From Octopus bimaculoides (Eukaryota), in contig NC_068992.1 of NCBI RefSeq assembly GCF_001194135.2, positions 27,939,195-28,003,194 of the forward strand: a stretch of DNA of 64,000 bases, read 5' to 3'. Made by a program: the position numbers and the translations under genes. The notes beneath the pieces were generated by a model. It did not search any database. It was given only the letters and a program-made list of their open reading frames with translations, and was not told where the DNA came from. Of the stretch, positions 12,115 through 25,235 are shown in pieces; within the stretch, counting starts at the first letter, position 1, and every line of letters begins with the position of its first letter.

Positions 12115-12145
12115 ATGTATGTATGTATATATGTATTTATATAAA
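11990..12145. repeat. (TA)n/(TG)n microsatellite (representative)
   Basis: Similar tracts at about 288-343, 13410-13550, 25690-25730, 42255-42300 and 57110-57155; degenerate GT-rich tracts at 9430-9740 and 46560-47030. Confidence 0.9.
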
Positions 12146-12147
12146 TA

Positions 12148-13410
12148 CAGGGTGCGAGGGGTATTTGAGGACAGTTTTGGTATACATTAAAACAACTATA
12201 TTTCAGCACAAATAAATATGTATTTGAATAAACATTTGTGCAATTAGTTTTGATAATGATTTTTTTTTAGCAAATTATTCTATGAAACCACCTTCAGCTT
12301 CAATGATTGCTTCAATGCAGGACTGAAACTGCTGGCATGCTGACACTATATGGTCCTTATTTATTTTGGAAATCAGCTGGACAATGGTGGCCTTCAGTGA
12401 AGCTATGGTATTATGAGGATGTCAATTAGTCTGCCTTTCAGCAGCGCTCAACACATAGTAGTCCATGGGGTTCAAATCTGGCGAGTTTGGAGGCCACATA
12501 TTGGGTGTTACATAATCGTAAAGATTGTCTGACAACCATTCTTGGGTGAATAGAGCTTTGTGAGAAGGTGCTGAGTCTTGTTGAAACACATATGGCTTTT
12601 TATTGCATACTTCATTAATCTAGGGCTTGATAACAGTTTCCAGTACCTCAATGTATCCAGCAGTATTAATTCTAAGACCATGTGGAAAAAAGTGGGGAGG
12701 CATCACATGACCTTCACTACTCACCACTCCTAAAACCATCACAGTTGCTGGAAATTTCGTGTGCATCACTCTGGGTACTTCAGAAGGATCTACACGTAAC
12801 CACCTGTCATTTCTTCTGTTAGACTTTTGAACTTGGTCAAAGTTTTTTTGTCATAGAATAACCAAAGAATGCCTTGTTCATGAGGATTTTTCACTTATTT
12901 GAGTAACCATTTTGAACGGATGAGACAGTTTTCCTGTGTCTTTACAGACACAAATTGGCCTTTCCTCATTACATAGGACTAGTATCGAATGTCATGATGT
13001 ACCACAGTTCTGATAGTCCACTCTGACACCCGAAATTCTTTAGTAATGAACCTCATTGATCTTCTGGGGTTTTCATCTATAATGTTTTAAACATGTATAA
13101 ATTCTAGTGTCCTTTTAGTGTCTGAGCATTGTGAATGCCTTTTTCTCTTTGATACAGGTGAAATATTGCCATCACATGCCTCCAATTCCAACCAAATTTT
13201 GTCTACAAATGATTTTGCAACATTTAGAAAGTTGCCAATTTCTAAATCACTGTGGTTTGCATATATAGCAACTATGACTGCATGTCTTTTCATTTCTTGA
13301 GTTAGCATAATATCTTGAAAGGGTAATCTGAAAAAAAATATGATACATTAAACAATTTGAAGGTGTAATGAACTAAAAACGAAATGTCCTCAAATCACTC
13401 CCACATCTTG
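12148..13410 (-). mobile_element. Full-length decayed Tc1/mariner-superfamily transposon, DD37D (maT) type
   Basis: TA flanks at 12146 and 13411; degenerate TIRs sharing ATTTGAGGACA; transposase MLTQEMKRHAVIVAI...VMVLGVVSSEG...FQQDSAPSH-...-WPPNSPDLNPMDY with 37 residues between the 2nd and 3rd Asp; internal stops. Confidence 0.85.
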
Positions 13411-16400
13411 TATATATGTATGTATTTATGTATATATATGTATTTATATTTATATATGTGTGTGTCTGTATATGTTCATATTTATATGTGCGTATCTATG
13501 TACATGTATGTGTGTGTGAATATATACGTGTGTATGTATGGATGTATATATACCAATTTAGTCTAGTTATGATAGGTGCATGTTTATTTTTTAATCAAAG
13601 TGGTTTGTTGTGTAACACCAAATTAAATCCAAGTTAATGAGCTTACATGGTCAAAACTGGACTATTGCAAGATGTCCTGGGTTATGGGTTAAAGTTATTT
13701 ATTTCTAGTGGAGTTTTATATCACCCTAAGCAAGCCACCTAAATATGAGTATTCTAACAAAAGGATACCACTAGAACATACTTTTACCATTCTCACTCAT
13801 TGCTTTGCTGGGTAAGTGATGAACCAAAAGAAGTTCTTCTTGGTTAAAAGAATTAGGAATTTTTTTCCTAAGGTACACAACAGTCCACATGCCAATGATA
13901 GGGTATGAACTTATGAATTTGAGATTTGATTCTTCCTAAACCTTGAGAACCAACTGTTTTATTCATTCATCTCCTGTAGTACATGATTATGAAAGTTGAT
14001 TGGTAGTGATCTGACATGAATCTGATTAAAAATATGAAAATTAAATTATTTTGATAATCCTGTGTCTGTTATTTATTTGTATCTCTTTGTTTGGCCATGT
14101 TGCTCAATTTTTGAATTAGACTCTGCCTACTGTGTTCTCTTCACTGAAGATCCAACTGGATTGATGGCTCATGTTGGCCAACCACATGCCGTATTGTCAT
14201 GGCAGATGAAGATGGAGATGGGGACTGAAGGGGGACTCTGCTTGATGGATCACCTGGGAGGACCTGGGTATATACCAACAAATAGTGAATGCAGCAATGC
14301 ATTGCAGGGGCAGATGCCCCCACATCTAACCTGTCTGTACATCTAAATATTTCTGTTGTCCAAATTTATTAAAGTATCTCAAATACTATGTATTTATTTA
14401 ACTATTTATATATCTCTTGTGCGAGAAATTTTTAAACACAATTTTTTTTCTCAAATGCCCAAGATTTTAAAACTTGTAAAAAGTTTGATAGTTGTCATAG
14501 AGACTTTAGTCTCTCTCTATCACCTTTCAACAGCATTATATATGAAGAGACGTTAGAACAATTTAACAGCATAATAAAAATAAGTTTTATTTTTCTGATG
14601 ATGCTTGGTTTCACAATTCCTGTCATTCAGCTTAGCAGCCGCTGATTAAGTTGTGGTTGGTATTGGAAGGTTAAGGGCTTCCTTGATGCCTGCCAGAGAA
14701 GCAAATAGCTATCACCATCAAGGTGAAGAGTGCTTCGTTGAGGAGCGAGGAGTTGTCACGTAGAAGGTCTGTCCTCAACTTGCTGAGAAAATGAAACTCA
14801 CTGTTTGAGTACCAGTTTTACTACGCATGCCTACTCGAGGGGCTTCTGGTGGTGAAATCCCCAGCGCATGCACAGAATAGTACTTCCTTAATGGCGGCTA
14901 TAATTTTGCGCCACTACAAACTTAATAATGGAAAGGAATTTGTTGTATTCTTGCTTTCTTAAACACAAGAAATAAAGTGAAACACTTCATCCAGATACCA
15001 ACAACCAGCACCTGCCAAAGTGTCAAAAGCCTCTGGTTGAAAATTGTTGATCACACGCCACATGATTAAGCAATTCTGTTTAACACTGAGAGTAGAAAGA
15101 AATTAGGGAAGATAGACTTTCCTATTGTCATATTTAATTTGGTGTTGATGGTTTTCTCCAAGTTTGGACACTGACTAACATTTGTATCAGTGGTGTTTTT
15201 CTCTCTCTCTTTTTTTTTTTTTTTTTTTTAAACTACTCCGAATGATGTGATATGAGAAATTGTTGGTGAGATTTCAAATGATTAGAATTAGTAGAAATGA
15301 GTGAACCGGCTTCTTAGTCAGGTACATGAAGAGTAGCAGCTAGGAAAAGAAACCATCTTTGTCAATTGGATACATCATTAGAGAGACATACTTTTTCTTT
15401 TTATTCCTAAAGTTCAGACAGTATGAGCAAAAGAACTCTGAACCACTCTTTGGATATGGTTGATATGTTTTGACATGGATAGTGTCTCAAGGCAACATCA
15501 AAATCTTCAACAGAGAGCCATAAATGTCAGGTGTGAAATGGCATTTGTTACAAAACCAGTTTGATAACTTATCAGATTGAGCATTAAATATATCCACACA
15601 GCTCTTCCAATAATTTTTGTGATACAGGTAGCATTTTACCACTTTCAAAGTGCATTTTGTATATACATGAATTTGCATATGTTAACACTTTTGAATATAA
15701 CCTTTGAAATCACAAGCAAAAGCACTCTATTGTACCAGTCTGATATTTAGGGGTCCTCAATTGTTTAACTGCCTACCTAAAGAAAGCAGAAATATAGGGG
15801 GCCTCTACTGAAGTGTTACAAAAAAAAAACATTTAATAAACTCCTAATGATGATACCAGATCGACCAATCATTCACCATTCAAGGATACATTCAGGGAAG
15901 ATCAGCTGCTACCAACTCAGTCATAGACCAACTTCCAGCTGTAAAGCAACAAAACTGAAAGAAAATAAATTAAAGCAATGCTCCACCATAGCCACAGTCT
16001 AGCAACTGAAACCATTAAAAGAATAATACAAAGGAATGCTTCCTTATTTCTGTAAACCAAACAGGTGCAAAGATGTTAGCAGCTATTATTAAAGACTTCA
16101 TTTAAGCAGGAACAACATTAATGGTGTGCTTATAATAACTCCCAACTTAATAAGGATACAGTCATATACATTTGAACCATTCCATCTAGTTTGTAAATCC
16201 TGTTAATGAAGCCATAGCAAATAATATTTAAATCTGATGTAGAAATATTTGGTACTCCCAAAACGACTTAAAACTGCTTTTGTTCCTAAGCTTGGAAAGC
16301 TGAATTGGTTCACTATATTGACCCACCGGTATAGATTACACAATCCACATTCACATGAATATACAACTACAGATCCACTGGTGTAAGTGATCATGACTAT

Positions 16401-17557
16401 GTATGAGTCATTCACACTCACACATTTTGGTTGCACACATCTGACTCATACATACATGCATTCTCAATCAGATCTTTCCTCATCATCATTTAACATCCGT
16501 TGTCCATGCTGGCATGGGTTGTACAGTTTGACCAGGCTGGCACACTGGAAGGCTGCACCAGACTCCAGTCTGATTTGGCATGGCTTTCTATTGCTGGATG
16601 CCCTTCCTAATGCCAACCACTCCGTGAGTGTAATGGGTGCTCTTACATGCCACTGGTATGGGTGCCATTTGTGTGACACCAGTATGCTTTTATGTGCCAC
16701 CGGCACAGGACACTGGAGTGTCCTTTCATGTCCCACTGGCATTTGGAACACTGGAGTGCTTTTACATGCTACCAGCATGGGTGCCAATTTGCATGACACC
16801 GGTATCTGTCACAACTGCAATTTTGCTTGGCTTGGTGGGTCTTCTTCTCAAGCACAACATAGTACCAAAGGTCTCAGTCATTGCCTCTGCAAGGCCCAAC
16901 ACTTGAAAGTCCCTACGCTCAAAAAGTGTTCTTTACATGCCACCAGCAAGGGTGCACTTGGCTTGATGGGTTCTCTCAAGCACAGCACATTGCCAAATTA
17001 TACTCTGGCTTGATATTCATCCTAGTTTTTCTTGTCCATTTTTCACACTCCTACTTATGTAGATTTTTGTACCTCAAGCTAGGGCAATACTTCACATATT
17101 AGACAGAACTGCAATGTGAATAGAAAATATCTTCTGTCAGTACTCCAGCTCTTTTCAGCAAGATTCCCTGTGTGCCATCTACGCAATTTAACCAATGCTC
17201 TTTTTCTAAAGCATTGACCGGCACACACATCTGTACCTGTCTCATTTTGTTCAATTCACCAATACTTTCATTCTTTCATTAACAGGAAAGTCCTGTAGCA
17301 GGAATATTTCCGCCTCACTTCTAATCCAGTAGACATTTGATAAAAGGCATCTGGTCTTTTCCTATGTCACAGACTGTACAATGTAACCTTCTTTTGTAAA
17401 AACGGTGAAATGATTTGAGGGAATTTGGCTGTTATCTCTAGGTTGAGCGACTAAGTAGAGGGCCTGTCGTTGACCGGAGGAGTTTATGTTTTGCTGGGAA
17501 CATGATTGCTACTACACCGCCGGTCGCAACGAAACATTTCCCACGTTGCCTTCAAGC

Positions 17558-17656
17558 ATGGCTGATAATATTTACGTTCAAGCGGCTGATATTTTCACCA
17601 ATGCTTTAGCTAAGAAAGCTCACGTCAAGTCTCTTGTTTATGCGTCAAAATATCCA
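17558..17656 (+). CDS. NSUN5: NSUN5 exon 1
   Basis: aagcATGg; MADNIYVQAADIFTNALAKKAHVKSLVYASKYP|GTaagt; Y..AA...........K.LVY.S pattern of the NSUN5 N-terminus; phase 0. Confidence 0.88.
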
Positions 17657-18160
17657 GTAAGTATTGCTTATGATTTAATGACTTCTTTACTTTTATCTTA
17701 ATACAAATCAGTTTGCAAAATCCAGGCAAGATTCAACACAAAATTATTATTCCCTCATGGTGTCTTTAATTGGCACGGAATTTAAAGAAAGAAAGTAGTT
17801 GATTTTCTGTCTTTAATTAATTTCTTTCATCGTTTTATTTTGATACTTTTGGCGAAATGTTGCTAATTTTGATTTTCTTTCTTTTACTCGTTTCATTCAT
17901 TTGGACTGCAGCCATGCTGGGGTACCGTATTGGAGGGCTCTAATCAAACAAATCAATCTCAGTACTTATGTTTTTGAAGTCTGTTACTTACTCTGTTGGC
18001 TTCTTTTGCCGAACCGCTAAGTTACTGGGACATAAGCAAACCAACACTTGTTGCCCGACGTGTCACACAGTGGGATTGAACCTGAAACCATGTGACAAAC
18101 AAACCTGCGATTTTTAAAATTTAAAATTTTGTTATATTTACAGTTCATTTTAATTGATGT

Positions 18161-18510
18161 GGAGGCGCAATGGCCCAGTGGTTAGGGCAGCGGACTCCCG
18201 GTCATAGGATCGCGGTTTCGATTCCCAGACAAGGCGTTGTGAGTGTTTATTGAGCGAAAACACCTAAAGCTCCACGAGGCTCCGGCAGGGGATGGTGGCG
18301 AACTCTGCTGTACTCTTTCACCACAACTTTCTCTCACTCTTACTTTCTGTTTCTGTTGTGCCTGTATTTCAAAGGGCCAGCCTTGTCACACGTTAAGGGT
18401 ACACGTGTCTGTGGAGTGCACAGCCACTTGAACGTTAATTTCACGAACAGGCTGTTCCGTTGATCGGATCAACTGGAACCCTCGTCGTCGTAAGCGACGG
18501 AGTGCCAACA
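18161..18510 (+). mobile_element. tRNA-derived SINE with target-site duplication
   Basis: A-box TGGCCCAGTGG and B-box-like GGTTTCGATTCC; 13 bp TSD cattttaattgat (18146-18158 / 18509-18521). Confidence 0.85.
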
Positions 18511-19429
18511 TTTTAATTGATATGACCCAAGATAACCAGATGTCTTATTCCTGAATATGTACATAGGAATCCATGGCATCGTTCTTCCCGTTCCTCTATT
18601 TATAACACAGACATTAGGAAACGTCACAGTGCTAATAATCGGCAAAACTACAGATGTACTCCCCCGACTTTGTTGCCTCATAACTTCCAGAAAAACGGAT
18701 ACTTTTTAACGAAACGTTGAACAAGTAATCACTTAGATCCTGTAGATTGAGTGTATGTAAAGATTTGTTGGAAACGGCCCCCAGAAGTTGGAATTTCTCC
18801 GTTTTGACTGGGATTTTTTCCAATTTTGTTTTTCAGCACAGTCTCCAGAATGAAGGGAGGCATCTTTTCGCGAAAAAAAGAAAAAAAATTTTTTAATCTA
18901 TAGTTTTTTTTTTCATTCCCGTCACCCCCTCAAGACCGATTTAGGCTAATTTTTTTCTTTTTTCACCACGCACTTAAAAAACATGGGAGAAACCTTTTCG
19001 GTTAAAAAGAAATTTAATCTTTTCAGAGGAAAAAGTGTGTGATTTAATGGAGATTTGGCTGTTGTTTCTAGCACATTGCAAGACCACCCTCCTTGTTTTT
19101 TCTCACCCAAATATGTATTGATGTTTTTCAATATTTTCCCCCATAAACAGTTATGCTATAAAAAAGAAAAATTTGAAAATCTAAGATTTTTTTTAGCCCC
19201 ACTTCCTGCTCCCTACTATTTCTGTTCACACTGTGTCCCACATTATTAGGCAACTCAATCTACTCTCAATAAAATAAATGTATATTCATTCAAAGTCAGT
19301 TGTTTTCCAACTGACTGTTGGCAACATCTATCTGCGCACATTCTCTTAAAATAAATCAGATCTGCACAGGCGAAAACAAACGGCAAACATTATCGCTTGT
19401 GAACAACATTTCTGCTGTCACAAATTACT

Positions 19430-20060
19430 AGGCAGGTGCCCAATTTAAGTGTCATTATGGGTCAGAAACGTGATTCTACCTCGAATGAAAAGTTAACCAT
19501 CGTGTTAGAGCTTGGAAAAATACTGGGAAGAGATCACCGAACAGTGAAGAAATTAGTGCAGTCTCCTATTTCTGTCTGCTCAAGGGCAGAGAAGGGCAAG
19601 TTGAGGGTTGCTTTGCATCATACTTGTGAAAAGGGAAGTTGTGTGGAACCCATGTCTGACAAGTAGAGAAGTCTTCAAATGTTGCAGCAGGAAAGAGGTA
19701 TTGAAAACTACCAGGTGTCACCTCTTGAAGCAGGTAGCCAGGAATGTTAAACCTGTTACAAGGTCCCCTCCGAAGGCTGTTCACAAGCAGAAGTGACTGA
19801 AATGGGCAGAAGAATACATGAAGATAGATTTTTCAACAGTTCTGTTCACTTACGAATGCTATGTTATCATTGACAGACCAGATGACTGGAGTAAAGGTTG
19901 GGTACCAATCAGCGGGAACTGTCCTCATCGTTTGAGACGCCAACAGGGGTGAGGTGGAATCAAGTTTCGGGCCATGAGAAGTCCCAGATGGCATTAAGAC
20001 ATCGAAAACATGTTACCTGGGATCTGCACTTACATAACATGGTCTGCTGAGCACATTTTA
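19430..20060 (+). mobile_element. Decayed Tc1-like transposase remnant
   Basis: MGQKRDSTSNEK...LGRDHRTVKK...WAEEYMKIDFSTVLFT...DRPDDWSKGW...RRQQG; stops and frameshifts. Confidence 0.65.
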
Positions 20061-21734
20061 TGAAAATGAGACTACCATGCACATAAAAAACAAAAAATAG
20101 TTAAAATATCTTCTTAATATATAATGGTGGCAAGTTTTACATCATCTGAAAAGTCATTAGTTGAACTATTCATCCTCTTGCATTCTGTGGGGTATTGGAG
20201 CGTTTGAGTGACATTAGACCCTAACAAATGCCTATAAATTAAATGCATCTATCTGGGTTACGATCATGGCCTGTTGACCCATGCCTGACGGCCACGATTG
20301 TGTGCCTATAGAAAATCGAATGGAAAAATGATTTCCTTGGTTTAATCAGTGAGGATTGGCTGCCACCATCATACAACATGGTGTGCATAATTAATCCAAT
20401 TAGTTTGTTTTACTTGATGAGTCTGGAGGATGGGTTAGCACCCATGGCCTTTGTAGGTCTTCAGAGACCATTGAATTGTTGCAAGGAGAAGATTCTTGGA
20501 GACCAGTGTTCCGGGAAGGAGGGACTGGGAAAAGTCATTAGTGCAGGGCTGGGGGTAGTTGTGGTGGCTGCAACAGGAGTGATGAGAAGGGGAAAGACAA
20601 ATGGGTCAGGGATGCCTAAGTGGGGAAGATATATGACCAGCCAGTTCTGAGGAACAGAGGTCATTATAGTAGTGACAGAAAAGGTAAAGTGATAAACCAG
20701 CACATCTGTGTTCCAGATGCTGGATGTGGTCGAGGATGTGTGTGTGTGAAACAACAGCACTGTCCTAGAAATGGAAGCAGTACTCTCTTGTGAGTCCTAT
20801 TTTAACCTTATGGGGTATCTGTTGCTGTTAGGGACTCTAATATTTTCTGACGTTGAAGAAAAGAGCTCATGTTTGAAATGCAATCACTATTATCATCATT
20901 TAACATCCATTTTCTATTCTGGCATAGGTTAGACCGTTTGACTGGAAATGGTAAACTGGAGAGCTTTGCCAGGCTCTGCTCTGTTTTGGTTTGGTTTATA
21001 TGGCTAGATGCCCTTCCTAATGCCAACCACTCCACAGAGTGTACTTGGTGCCTTTTATGTATCACCGGCAATTGCATTCATTAGGAGAGATCTGGAGCTA
21101 CTGTGAGGGCTCCAACTGAGTGCTGCTTATGTTGAGTGTAGGTGTTGTGCAGAAGTGTTTTCTTGTAAATAATGTTTCAGTTTTTGTTTTTAACGATGAG
21201 ATTGGCAAAGTAGTACGAGACGATACTCTCAAAGTTTCTGTTCATGAAATCAATGCAGGTTTAGTGTGTGTTGTCTTGGTTGCAAATGGATGATGCACAA
21301 TTGGGAAAGACTAGAGGGAAATGAATGGTTGTATCATTTTCTAGGTGTGGCAGCAAGTAGGTTATTGATGTATAGGAGGAGTAGAAGGAGAATAGGCTAA
21401 TGAGGGGAATATGGGAGGGAGATTCTGGGTTGGAGTAAATGGAAGTTACTTGGATGTTTGAGAAAGGAAGTGAAAATTGGCTAAAATGTTTCGATCTACT
21501 TTTGTGGAGGGGTTATGCGGCATAGATAGGTCAGAAATCCTCAAACCAAAGGATCACTCTGGATGTTTGCAACAGATCAAATCCTACTAAAGTCACTTAA
21601 AAGCTTGATAATGCTGTTGAGGTGGGTAGCATTATGCACCCAGCAGCCAGAGAAATAAAAGGGTAGGTGAGACTTTCTGTACCATCAATATATTTTTAAT
21701 TTAACCAAAACTCTGCCTTTGTTTTTTTTTCCAG

Positions 21735-21923
21735 AATAAGAAGAAGCTCTATGCTTTAGTTTGTCAAGGTTTAAAATACCAAAACATTCTTCATGAAATA
21801 GCAACTTCTCTGAATATTCTGAAAAATGAGACTTACGCCTTACGACAAAATATGCCACTTTTACAATTGCTGCTGTATGATAAAATTTTTGGTAAAGGCA
21901 TCTGTGGTTCCAGACGGTTTAAA
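21735..21923 (+). CDS. NSUN5: NSUN5 exon 2
   Basis: ttccAG| NKKKLYALVCQGLKYQNILHEIATSLNIL...LLQLLLYDKIFGKGICGSRRFK |GTtgag; LYALVC and LLY..L.GKG motifs; phase 0-0. Confidence 0.9.
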
Positions 21924-22657
21924 GTTGAGTATTTTACCTTCTGCTGAGACTTTTTGATGTTCTTTCTTTTCTTTTCTTTTTTACATAAATTTGTTTTTTC
22001 CTCGTTGGACTGTGAGCAAAGCATCTCTTGTCAATTGCAACAATAGCAACTATATGATAATGTGACATTAATGAATAGCAGGATACATGTTAGAATGTTC
22101 CAAGTAGTTGTGGCTCTGTGGTCTAACAACATGGATTTAAGTTCAGTTCTTCTGCATAGTACTTTGGGCAAATGTCTTGTACTGTAGCCCTGGGCTAACC
22201 AAAGTCTTGTAAGTAGATTTGGTAGATGGAAACTGAAAGAAGCCCATCTTATATATGTGAGTGTGTGTATGTTTATGTCTCCTAGTCTTTGACATTGTAT
22301 GAATGTTGTAAATAGATGGCTTTCATTTCCAATATTCAAATATTCATGTGATGCTTGTAAACAAGCATCACTGTTATGCAAGAAGTTTCCATTTCCAATC
22401 TTCCATAGAAAGCATGTCTGACCATGGAGGAAATATTACCTTGCATGGAAACAGGTAATGGTTGTTGACAGGAAGGGCATCTGGCCATAGAAAATCTGCC
22501 TCAGTAGACTGCATCTGCTTGCATATGGTGTATGTGTTTGGAAATTAGGTATTAAAATATGATTGGAGAAATAACCAATGAAGACAGCCTTAAATGCAAA
22601 ATACACACATCATCATCATCATCATTTAGTGTCTGTTTTCCATCATCATTTAGTGTT

Positions 22658-22990
22658 TAGTAAAGATTATTTGCCAACATAACATGGCAGTCCTGGTTTA
22701 GGACGAATGTAGCTGTAATTTAGCCCCAGGAGACATCGTCTCCAGCTGGCTACGACACGATCTGTGTCCTTATATTTTCAGACAAGGGAATCTAGCACCC
22801 CCATTCAGCTCAAAACAATATCTGTGTATCGCAATTTCCGAGTGGGTGTGCTAGATTCCTTTGTTCGAAAATACAAGGACACAGACCATGTCATATAGCC
22901 AGCTGGAGACGATGTTTCCTGGGGCTAAATTACAGCTACATTCATCCTAAACCAGGACTGCCATGTCATGTTGGCAAACAGCCTTTACTA
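22658..22990. mobile_element. Fold-back MITE with ~140 bp inverted arms in NSUN5 intron 2
   Basis: ttgccaacataacatggcagtcctggtttagga...ctagcaccc / gggtgtgctagattcc...cctaaaccaggactgccatgtcatgttggcaaa; loop about 22801-22843. Confidence 0.88.
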
Positions 22991-23312
22991 CAAAGTGCTG
23001 TTGCTGAATATCTCTCATTGTGAGATTTAAAAATAGTAATTTTCTAATCATTTAGTGTGTTTTCCATGGCATGGGTTAGATGGGCTGACTGAAACTGGTA
23101 AGCTGAAGAGCTGCACCAGACTCCAGGCTATTTTGGCTTGGTTTCTACAGCTGGATGCCCTTCCTAACACCATACATATATGTGTGTATAAAACCACTGA
23201 TTACTTATTGACTCTTTTGTTACCATCCAGCCTGAGACTGCTCCTGGTTCGAGGACACAAACATCCTGTTTTAAAGTGATCTAAATTCAAATCTATCAAA
23301 ATTTTATGTTAA

Positions 23313-23630
23313 CTCTTTAGCATTCTGATTACTCTCAAATGTAATGCTTGTCGGTTCGCATTATTTTGAATTAATCATAGGTTTGAGATTTTGATGATGT
23401 GATTGTTTATTTTTGGAATGACATTGTCTATGGTAGGTGCAAGAGGTGAAATCTGGTCAGTTTGAACATAAAACAAGTAGAATATTTGGGCCTCATATGG
23501 CCAGTTTAAATGCTAAAGCTGCAAGCACGAGCTTAATAATTACAAAATTATTGTGCTAAATTCTTAATTATTAAAAAAATTAATTGAAACAATGGTTATA
23601 TATTTCAGCAGAAATATGGTAATGAAAGGG
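23313..23630. mobile_element. piggyBac-type MITE, composite copy
   Basis: TTAA at 23309-23312 and 23631-23634; body matches the 220 bp family up to about 23520, then ends aaaGGG|TTAA. Confidence 0.6.
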
Positions 23631-23661
23631 TTAAAAAGAAATTGTTGTTGTTCAATTTCAG

Positions 23662-23770
23662 AATGTTATGAGGAAATATCGAGACAAAATCAATAACCAC
23701 TGTGAATTGTTAATAAAAGAAAAAGGTCTTGATAATGTGAAAGAATTACTGACCTACGATAATGAAAATG
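23662..23770 (+). CDS. NSUN5: NSUN5 exon 3
   Basis: ttcAG| NVMRKYRDKINNHCELLIKEKGLDNVKELLTYDNEN g|GTatgt; phase 0-1. Confidence 0.82.
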
Positions 23771-24987
23771 GTATGTTGGACATGTTATGCTTCTTTTTAT
23801 ATGTATGTCATTATTATTGTTTTTTTGTTTTTTTAACTGATATTCTGTTGGAGTAAGGCAACCGTTGAGAAATTATTGTAAAGCACATGAAAGATAAAAT
23901 TATATTTGAACTATGTAAAGTTGGACATCACATTTAACACTCAAATTGAGCAATCCACCCAGGTTTAAACAGGTAGCACAGGGTAGGAAGAATTCAACTT
24001 TGAGCAGTAGCAATACTGTAACCATGTTTTCAGTTAGCTTACAGCCCCCACTTCATCTTGCTTGGATATAAATTACAAAAGAGATGGATGGTGTCTACCA
24101 AGCTGACTTACAGTAATTATATAAGACATCGAAGAAGTCTCTGTGAGGTTACTCAGTCTGCTAAATACAGCAGTCAAATATCCCTCAAATTACACCATTT
24201 TAAAAGAAGAAAGACACTTTGGATAATGTTCTGTATGTACAATGTCCAAGAAAAGGACAGAATGGTTGTTGCTGGAATATCATTGACCATAGATCTGCTC
24301 AATTAGTACACACCTGGAATTCTAGAAACTCTGTGCAAAGTCCTGTTGGGGCCCTCACAGTCAATCCAAGTGTGCCTTACTATCATTGGGGATCTCTCAT
24401 AGATGCACATCCTTAACACAGGACTGCATCCCAAAGATGAGGTCTTTCCTTTGAGGTGAGAGAATATTAGTGTCCCTAATACCTACGGATACCCGACAAG
24501 GTTAAAGTGAAGCTCACACTAGAGTGCTGCTTCCACTTGTCTTGTCCAATATGTTAAGAGATCCACCATCGCCATTGTACTTCATAATTGAGATATGTAG
24601 ATGCATAGAAAATAAAAGTCAATCTAATACTTCGCAAACAATCATTGCTGCTGTGAACATTCATAACTAATGTTACTGTTTTGCTGTTAGAAAGGAAATA
24701 GATGAATACATGTGATGCTGGACTCTCAACTGTTGGTTCTTCAGTTCAAATCCAATGCTCAGACTTGGAAAGTACACTTAATTCTTCACTACCTCATTTC
24801 AGTGTTGTCCTAAGACAAGGGCACACTGGTGCCTGTTGGAGTGTCTTACAGGTGTAGGGCACCAATTCTGATCTATGTATACCACAGCTTTTTGTCAATA
24901 AATAGTTACTATAGATCCTCATGCACTGATTTGCTAGGGGCTGTAATAGTAATACTTCTAAGATGACCCTGCTCTGTTTACCTAAAT

Positions 24988-25235
24988 TAGTGTTTCTCAA
25001 CCATTCCTTACATGTAGACTCTCTACAATTCCAATTCTACTTAGGTGGACCCTCCTAGCCATTCAGTGTTTAAAGAAATCATCATATTTTTGTAATTAGA
25101 TATTAGGAATTATTTTTTAAAAATTGTTAAAATAATTTGTGAATTGTAGAAATATAACTTATTATACATAAATTTTTACAACAAAATTTTATATGGGCCT
25201 CCAAAGGCCACATGGACCCTGGTTGAGAAACTCTG
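24988..25235. mobile_element. hAT-type MITE
   Basis: TIRs tagtgtttctcaacc / ggttgagaaactctg; degenerate 8 bp TSD acctaaat / accgagat. Confidence 0.65.

Noticed and set aside
9420-13637. His/Thr-, Tyr/Ile- and Cys/Val-rich ORFs (also 42208-42399, 46564-47204, 50087-50396)
   Set aside because: Translations of (CA)n/(TA)n microsatellites.
16387-17013. 208 aa ORF and many 60-120 aa ORFs containing LDALPNANH or WLALGRASS
   Set aside because: The motif is the translated RTE-tail repeat present about ten times in the window; not a protein family.
15300-17400. Coding-looking stretches on the minus strand upstream of NSUN5 (e.g. WLSVEDFDVALRHYP, HWLNCVDGTQGILLKRAG)
   Set aside because: Short, interrupted by stops, no consistent splice chain and no recognisable motif; may be an old pseudogene or transposon but cannot be supported.
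18161-18232. tRNA-like sequence (also at 63416, 45560-45628, 2350-2425 and 4910-4975)
   Set aside because: A/B boxes are present, but there is no closed acceptor stem, and each continues into a SINE body, several with TSDs; these are SINE heads, not tRNA genes.
20378-20760. ORFs with a weak resemblance to the start of a LINE endonuclease (also 61122-61385)
   Set aside because: Similarity too vague to call without a search.
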